Source of the DNA: Candidatus Eiseniibacteriota bacterium
Lineage (GTDB): Bacteria > Eisenbacteria > RBG-16-71-46 > CAZAMP01
Assembly (NCBI GenBank): GCA_965224245.1
Contig: OZ245046.1
Location: 5,024,001 to 5,088,000 of the forward strand
Reading direction: 5' to 3'
Length of the DNA: 64,000 bases
Below, piece after piece: positions 59,576 to 64,000 of the stretch (positions are counted from its first letter, which is position 1; each line of letters starts with the position of its first letter). A model generated the notes under the pieces. That model was not told the DNA's origin, ran no database searches, and was given only the letters and a program-made list of their open reading frames with translations. The position numbers and the translations under genes are program-made.

Positions 59576-60573
59576 CGGGGGCCAAAGGTCGACTTCACAC
59601 GGCCCCAGCTCGTGATCTCGACCGGCGTGTCGACACATCCGACCTCCCGGGCGCCGATGAGCCCGCAGTCGCCGGGCGAGTGCGCCGGGGCGCACGGCGA
59701 CTCCGGTCGGAGCGTGAGGTCGCCGGCCTCGGCGTCGCAGAACATCGGATCGGCCGAGAGGTTCCCGCCGCCGTCGGATCGGCAGGGGACGTCGTCGCCG
59801 CCTTCGTTGCCGAAGACGTCGCAGCACGTCATCAGCGGCGTTCCGCCGCCGCACCAGATCGCGCCACCGCCCCGGCCAAAGGCCAGGATGCAGTTCGAGA
59901 CCGTCACGCCGGGGGCCTCGACGTCGAACACCGAGCCGGTGGGCGACGTGTTCGCGTGGAACGTGGAGTGCTCGATCGACGCCGTCTCGCCGGTCGCGTC
60001 GCCCGGGATCGACGCGTCGTCCAGATCGATGGCACCGCCGTTCCTCTCCGCGACGTTGCCGACGAACACGCACCCGGTCACCAGGAGGCCCGACTGCTCG
60101 GAGTAGATCGCACCGCCGCTTCCGGTTGCCACGTTGCCGTCGAAGACGCAGTGGGCGAACGTCAGTGCGGTCCCCGAAGCGCAGCTTGCAGCGGCCCCGC
60201 GCGAAGCATGGCCGCCGGTGATCGTGACGCCCTCCAGCACCGATGCACGCGTCTCGCCGCTGGCGAACAGGAACGCTCGGTGGAGATCGCCGGCGCTGCC
60301 CTCGCAGTCGATGATGCAACCCGACGGATCTCCGCTCTCGGATCGGATCGTGACGGCCTTCCCCAGGTAATCGACGTCGCGGTTGCCGTCGCCGGTGAAC
60401 GTACCGCCGGTGAGGAGGATCTCGTCGCCATCCGTGGCGGCGTTCACGGCCGCCTGGATGGTCGCGTACTCCCCGCTGCCGTCCGCGTGCACGACGTACG
60501 TCGTGGATCGCGCAAGGTCGTTCGCCAACGACGACAGGGCGAGCACCAGCACCGGAGTCACCGTGAGCTTCAT
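59572..60573 (-). CDS. Secreted pectin-lyase-like beta-helix protein with an SWGRVK tail
   Basis: Signal peptide; YATIQAAV; GGAI/FxxN repeats; ADPMFC; ends PVEITSWGRVKSTFGPR. Confidence 0.88.
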   Translation of the reverse strand: MKLTVTPVLVLALSSLANDLARSTTYVVHADGSGEYATIQAAVNAATDGDEILLTGGTFTGDGNRDVDYLGKAVTIRSESGDPSGCIIDCEGSAGDLHRAFLFASGETRASVLEGVTITGGHASRGAAASCASGTALTFAHCVFDGNVATGSGGAIYSEQSGLLVTGCVFVGNVAERNGGAIDLDDASIPGDATGETASIEHSTFHANTSPTGSVFDVEAPGVTVSNCILAFGRGGGAIWCGGGTPLMTCCDVFGNEGGDDVPCRSDGGGNLSADPMFCDAEAGDLTLRPESPCAPAHSPGDCGLIGAREVGCVDTPVEITSWGRVKSTFGPR

Positions 60574-60944
60574 GTCGTGAGTCCTCCCTGCACTTAGCCG
60601 GTCGCAAGACCCCGTCGATGGGCGCGGCTACCGAAGCGGTGCCGCACTCTTTAGCATCGCCACGCGAGGTCGGATCATCTATAATCCAAGCTGTCCTCGC
60701 TTCTAAGTCCGCATACGAGCGGTAGCCCTCCGACGACCCGGCCCTGAACGGAGGTCTCGGATGTGAACGCTCCTTCTGATCGACTTGCGGGTCATTCCTG
60801 CCGGCGCCCACGCCACCGAGGACGGTGGCTGGTCGCTTCCGCACGCGTCGAACGTGCACGTCACCGCCCCGACCTACACCGGATGTGGCGATTGCGGTCC
60901 GCTCCGACCGGCGATCCGTCGCAGGTATCGAACCGGAGGTTCCG

Positions 60945-61643
60945 ATGAGACGACTGATCACGATCGCCGCACTCCTCGTTCCCGTCGTCGCCAAGGCCGA
61001 TCCCGGCGCGATCGACAAGTACACGATCGACGTACACTTTCAGCCGCCGAGCTACCTCGGGTGCACCGAGGGCGCCGTCGCCGACGCGGCCCTGAACTGC
61101 GACGTGCTGAACCCGGTCGCGATCGACGTCGGGGAGTTCACGCCCAACTTCGCCTGGCTCATCGCGGGCTCGATCCCCGAGGGCACAGGTCCCGGCGCCG
61201 AGGGCGGCATCGGGGGGCTCCAGTTCGGGCTCGAGTACCCGGAGACGGTCTTCCTCGGCGGAGGCTTCACGCTCTGCACCGGCGGGTCGGAGATTCCCCA
61301 GGACGATCTGGACGGCACGTGGCCCGAGAGCGGCACCGGCAACGCCGTGACGTGGGCCGGAGGATGCTACCTCGTGACCGACAACCCGGACGGCGTGACG
61401 AAAATCGGCTTCATCCCGATCAACCCCGGGAGCACGGGCTTCCTGTTCGTGCGAGGAGACCCGAGGATCGGCGAGGCGCAGGCCGCGGGCTGCGACGCCA
61501 TCACGTTCCGGATCTGCCGCCAGCTACTGGGGTGCGGTCAGACCGAGCCGGGAGGTCCGCCGGGAGAGATTCGCTGCGGCGGATTCTGCGCGATCCCGAT
61601 CGTCGAATCCTCGTGGGGGCAGATCAAGAGCGCGTACCGCTGA
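60945..61643 (+). CDS. Secreted Cys-containing hypothetical protein with an SWGQIK tail
   Basis: GGAGG + ATG; signal peptide MRRLITIAALLVPVVAKA; ends IPIVESSWGQIKSAYR. Confidence 0.85.
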   Translation: MRRLITIAALLVPVVAKADPGAIDKYTIDVHFQPPSYLGCTEGAVADAALNCDVLNPVAIDVGEFTPNFAWLIAGSIPEGTGPGAEGGIGGLQFGLEYPETVFLGGGFTLCTGGSEIPQDDLDGTWPESGTGNAVTWAGGCYLVTDNPDGVTKIGFIPINPGSTGFLFVRGDPRIGEAQAAGCDAITFRICRQLLGCGQTEPGGPPGEIRCGGFCAIPIVESSWGQIKSAYR

Positions 61644-61654
61644 CGCGTCACCGT

Positions 61655-61688
61655 GCGGGCCGCTCCGACCCTTCCGAGGGCGGCCCGC
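61655..61688. terminator. Hairpin between convergent genes
   Basis: GCGGGCCGC...GCGGCCCGC, 9-bp stem. Confidence 0.45.
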
Positions 61689-61709
61689 TCGCCGATCATT
61701 CCCGAGGCG

Positions 61710-63266
61710 TCAGACCTCGATCTGTGCCAGGAACTCCTCGGTGGAGTTCGTCTTGCTGAGCCCGTGGACGAGCTTCTCGACGCAGTCCTCGAGCTTCATG
61801 CGCGCGATCGTCCGGCGTAGCGTGTAGACCTTCTGCAGGTTCTCCGGACGCAGGAGCTTCTCCTCCTTGCGCGTGCCCGACTTCGGAATGTCGATGGCCG
61901 GGAAGATGCGCTTCTCCGAGAGCTTCCGGTCCAGGATCAGCTCGGCGTTGCCGGTGCCCTTGAACTCCTGGAAGATCAGCTCGTCCATCTTGGAGCCGGT
62001 CTCCACGAGCGCGGTCCCGATGATGGTCAGGCTGCCGCCGTCCTCGACGTTGCGCGCGGCGCCGAAGATCTGACGAGGTCGCTCCATCGCGCGAGCGTCC
62101 ACGCCGCCGGTCATCGTGCGGCCACGACCCTCGATCAGGTTGTTGTACGCCCGCGCCAGTCGCGTGATCGAGTCGAGCAGCATCACGACGTCGTGACCGA
62201 GCTCGACCAGGCGCATGCACCGCTTCCAGACGGCCTCGGCGAGCGCGGTCTGTGTCTCTGCCAGCTCGTCGTTGGTCGACGCGTACACCTCGCCGTCGCA
62301 GTTGCGCCGCCAGTCGGTGGCTTCCTCGGGCCGCTCGTCGACCAGGAGCACCAGCAGCTTGGTGTCGGGGTAGTGCTTGGAGATGCCGTCGGCCAGGTCG
62401 CGCAGGATCGTGGTCTTGCCCGAGCGAGGCGGCGACACGATGAGGCCCCGCTGCCCCTTGCCGATCGGGCAGAACATGTCCAGGAGCCGCATCGAGATCG
62501 GGCCGCCGTCCTTGCCCAGCTCGTAGTGCTCGTCCGGGTCGATCGACAGGAGCCGCTTGAACTCGGGGACACGCACCATCGCGGCCGGATCCTCGCCGTC
62601 GACCTTGTGCACCTCGGTCAGCTGGTGGCGATTGCCGCTGGAGGCGACCAGGCCTTCGATGTAGCTCCCCTCGTGTAAGTTGTTCTTTTCTATCAGGTTG
62701 CGATTGACGGCGATGTCCTCGGGGGTCGACAGGAAGCGATTCTCGGCCTTGCGGAGCACGCCGTGCCCCTGGCGTTCGACGAGGAGCATGCCGGTCTGCA
62801 CGGACGTCGTCTGGGGTCCGCCGCCGCCTCGGCCGCTCCGCGATCGGGTGCGGCCGCCGGAGCGACGATCCTGGCGGCCGGAGCCGCCACCACGCGACTG
62901 CCGTTCAGGCCGCCCCGAGCCCGAACGCGATCGGCGGGCGCCCGGCGTGGCCCCGTTGGACCGACGCCCGTTGGGGGCTCCCCAGCGTCCATCGCCGCCA
63001 TCGGCGCGGTCTCGCGACCTGTCGTCGCGGTTTGACGGTCTGCCGGATCTACGACCGGGGCCACCCCGGCGGGGACGATCACCGCCGGCGCGGTTACCGT
63101 CTGCCTCGGCGCCGAGTCCGCCGTCGCGCTCCTCGGAGCCGGGGCGCCGGGAGTCCGGGCGGGGACGCCGCGAGCGCGTTGTGGATCGGCCGTCTCCGGA
63201 CGGGCGCCGGCGACCGTGACCGCTCCCGCGCTTGGGGCGATCAGTGGGTCTGTCTGACGATCCCAA
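61710..63266 (-). CDS. rho: Transcription termination factor Rho with an Arg/Gly-rich N-terminal extension
   Basis: [56 protein letters not shown]. Start placed at TTG 63266 with GAGG upstream (uncertain). Confidence 0.93.
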   Translation of the reverse strand: MGSSDRPTDRPKRGSGHGRRRPSGDGRSTTRSRRPRPDSRRPGSEERDGGLGAEADGNRAGGDRPRRGGPGRRSGRPSNRDDRSRDRADGGDGRWGAPNGRRSNGATPGARRSRSGSGRPERQSRGGGSGRQDRRSGGRTRSRSGRGGGGPQTTSVQTGMLLVERQGHGVLRKAENRFLSTPEDIAVNRNLIEKNNLHEGSYIEGLVASSGNRHQLTEVHKVDGEDPAAMVRVPEFKRLLSIDPDEHYELGKDGGPISMRLLDMFCPIGKGQRGLIVSPPRSGKTTILRDLADGISKHYPDTKLLVLLVDERPEEATDWRRNCDGEVYASTNDELAETQTALAEAVWKRCMRLVELGHDVVMLLDSITRLARAYNNLIEGRGRTMTGGVDARAMERPRQIFGAARNVEDGGSLTIIGTALVETGSKMDELIFQEFKGTGNAELILDRKLSEKRIFPAIDIPKSGTRKEEKLLRPENLQKVYTLRRTIARMKLEDCVEKLVHGLSKTNSTEEFLAQIEV

Positions 63267-63582
63267 ACGTAACCTCTGGGCTGTGGTGAAGCGAAGCGCG
63301 CGCTCAGGGGCGTACCCCTCGAACCGTGGTGTCAGCGCGCGAAAAAACGCCAGAATTGGTGAGCGCGAAGAGATTTTCTTTGGTTGGTCGGAAGCGCGTA
63401 GCTTCCCGGTAAGAGCGCTGACCAACGAAGCGTACACGACCCGGCGGGCGGAATCCAAGGTCGAATGTGGACCGATCGTACATCGGCCCGATCCCCGAGA
63501 GTGCTTCGGTTTGGATCCGGACCCCGGTAACATCCCTTTATATCGACCGGTCCACCCCTTCTCTTTGGGAGTTTCGTCGCCC

Positions 63583-64000
63583 ATGACCACACGTCTCGAC
63601 AGGCCCAAGGCCCGGGTCCAGGCGCTCCGGGAGCGCATGCGCCGGGAGGAGCTCGCGGCCTATCTCGTTCCGAGCACCGACGATCACCACGACGAGTACG
63701 TTCCGCCCTGCTGGGAGCGCCGGGCCTGGATGAGTGGCTTCACCGGCTCCGCGGGCGAGCTCCTGGTGACGCTCGACGGCGCACACCTCTGGACCGACGG
63801 CCGGTACTTCGCGCAGGCCACCCGCGAGCTCCGGGGCAGCGGCATCGCGCTGATGAAGATGGGCCAGAAGGGCGTCCCCGTGCTGGCGGACTTCCTTGCC
63901 GACTGCGTCCGGAGCGGAGGCGCGATCGGAGTCGATCCGCGCGTGCTGATGCACGCGCGCCACGAGAGCATCCAGCGCGCGCTCCGGGGCGGAAAGGGCG
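63583..64000 (+). CDS. Xaa-Pro aminopeptidase (M24B), 3' end outside the window
   Basis: Read by hand: YLVPSTDDHHDEY...RAWMSGFTGSAG...LWTDGRYF. Confidence 0.92.
   Translation, partial: MTTRLDRPKARVQALRERMRREELAAYLVPSTDDHHDEYVPPCWERRAWMSGFTGSAGELLVTLDGAHLWTDGRYFAQATRELRGSGIALMKMGQKGVPVLADFLADCVRSGGAIGVDPRVLMHARHESIQRALRGGKG

Overview
High-GC (about 70% by eye), gene-dense bacterial chromosomal window with about 50 credible CDS. I found no rRNA, tRNA, CRISPR array, transposase or integrase. Skp/OmpH, lipoproteins and a porin indicate a diderm. Secreted proteins ending in FlgD-Ig/T9SS-like tails or a short 'SWGx[IV]KSx[FY]' tail suggest an FCB-related lineage such as Eisenbacteria, Krumholzibacteria or Latescibacteria (inference). 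Recognisable housekeeping genes are glgC, dusA, egtB, rho, aminopeptidase P, an S9 peptidase, a CDF transporter and alkD. Best candidate for an undescribed system: a four-gene inner-membrane operon (7991-11096, DUF6754-like). By eye it consists of two pairs of paralogues, each pair in opposite membrane orientation, i.e. a pseudo-symmetric antiparallel complex that may be a new transporter. Other candidates are a putative C-terminal sorting signal shared by two divergent secreted proteins (59572-61643) and a 10-kb signalling cluster linking an NTT-HEAT transporter, a cNMP protein, a porin and a small binding protein to three histidine kinases. Also notable are a long divergent GlpX-like phosphatase next to glgC, a bacterial Tsr3-like protein, a BNR-propeller/ubiquitin-like pair and a Rho with an Arg/Gly-rich N-terminal extension. 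All family calls come from motif recognition by eye; no database searches were run.
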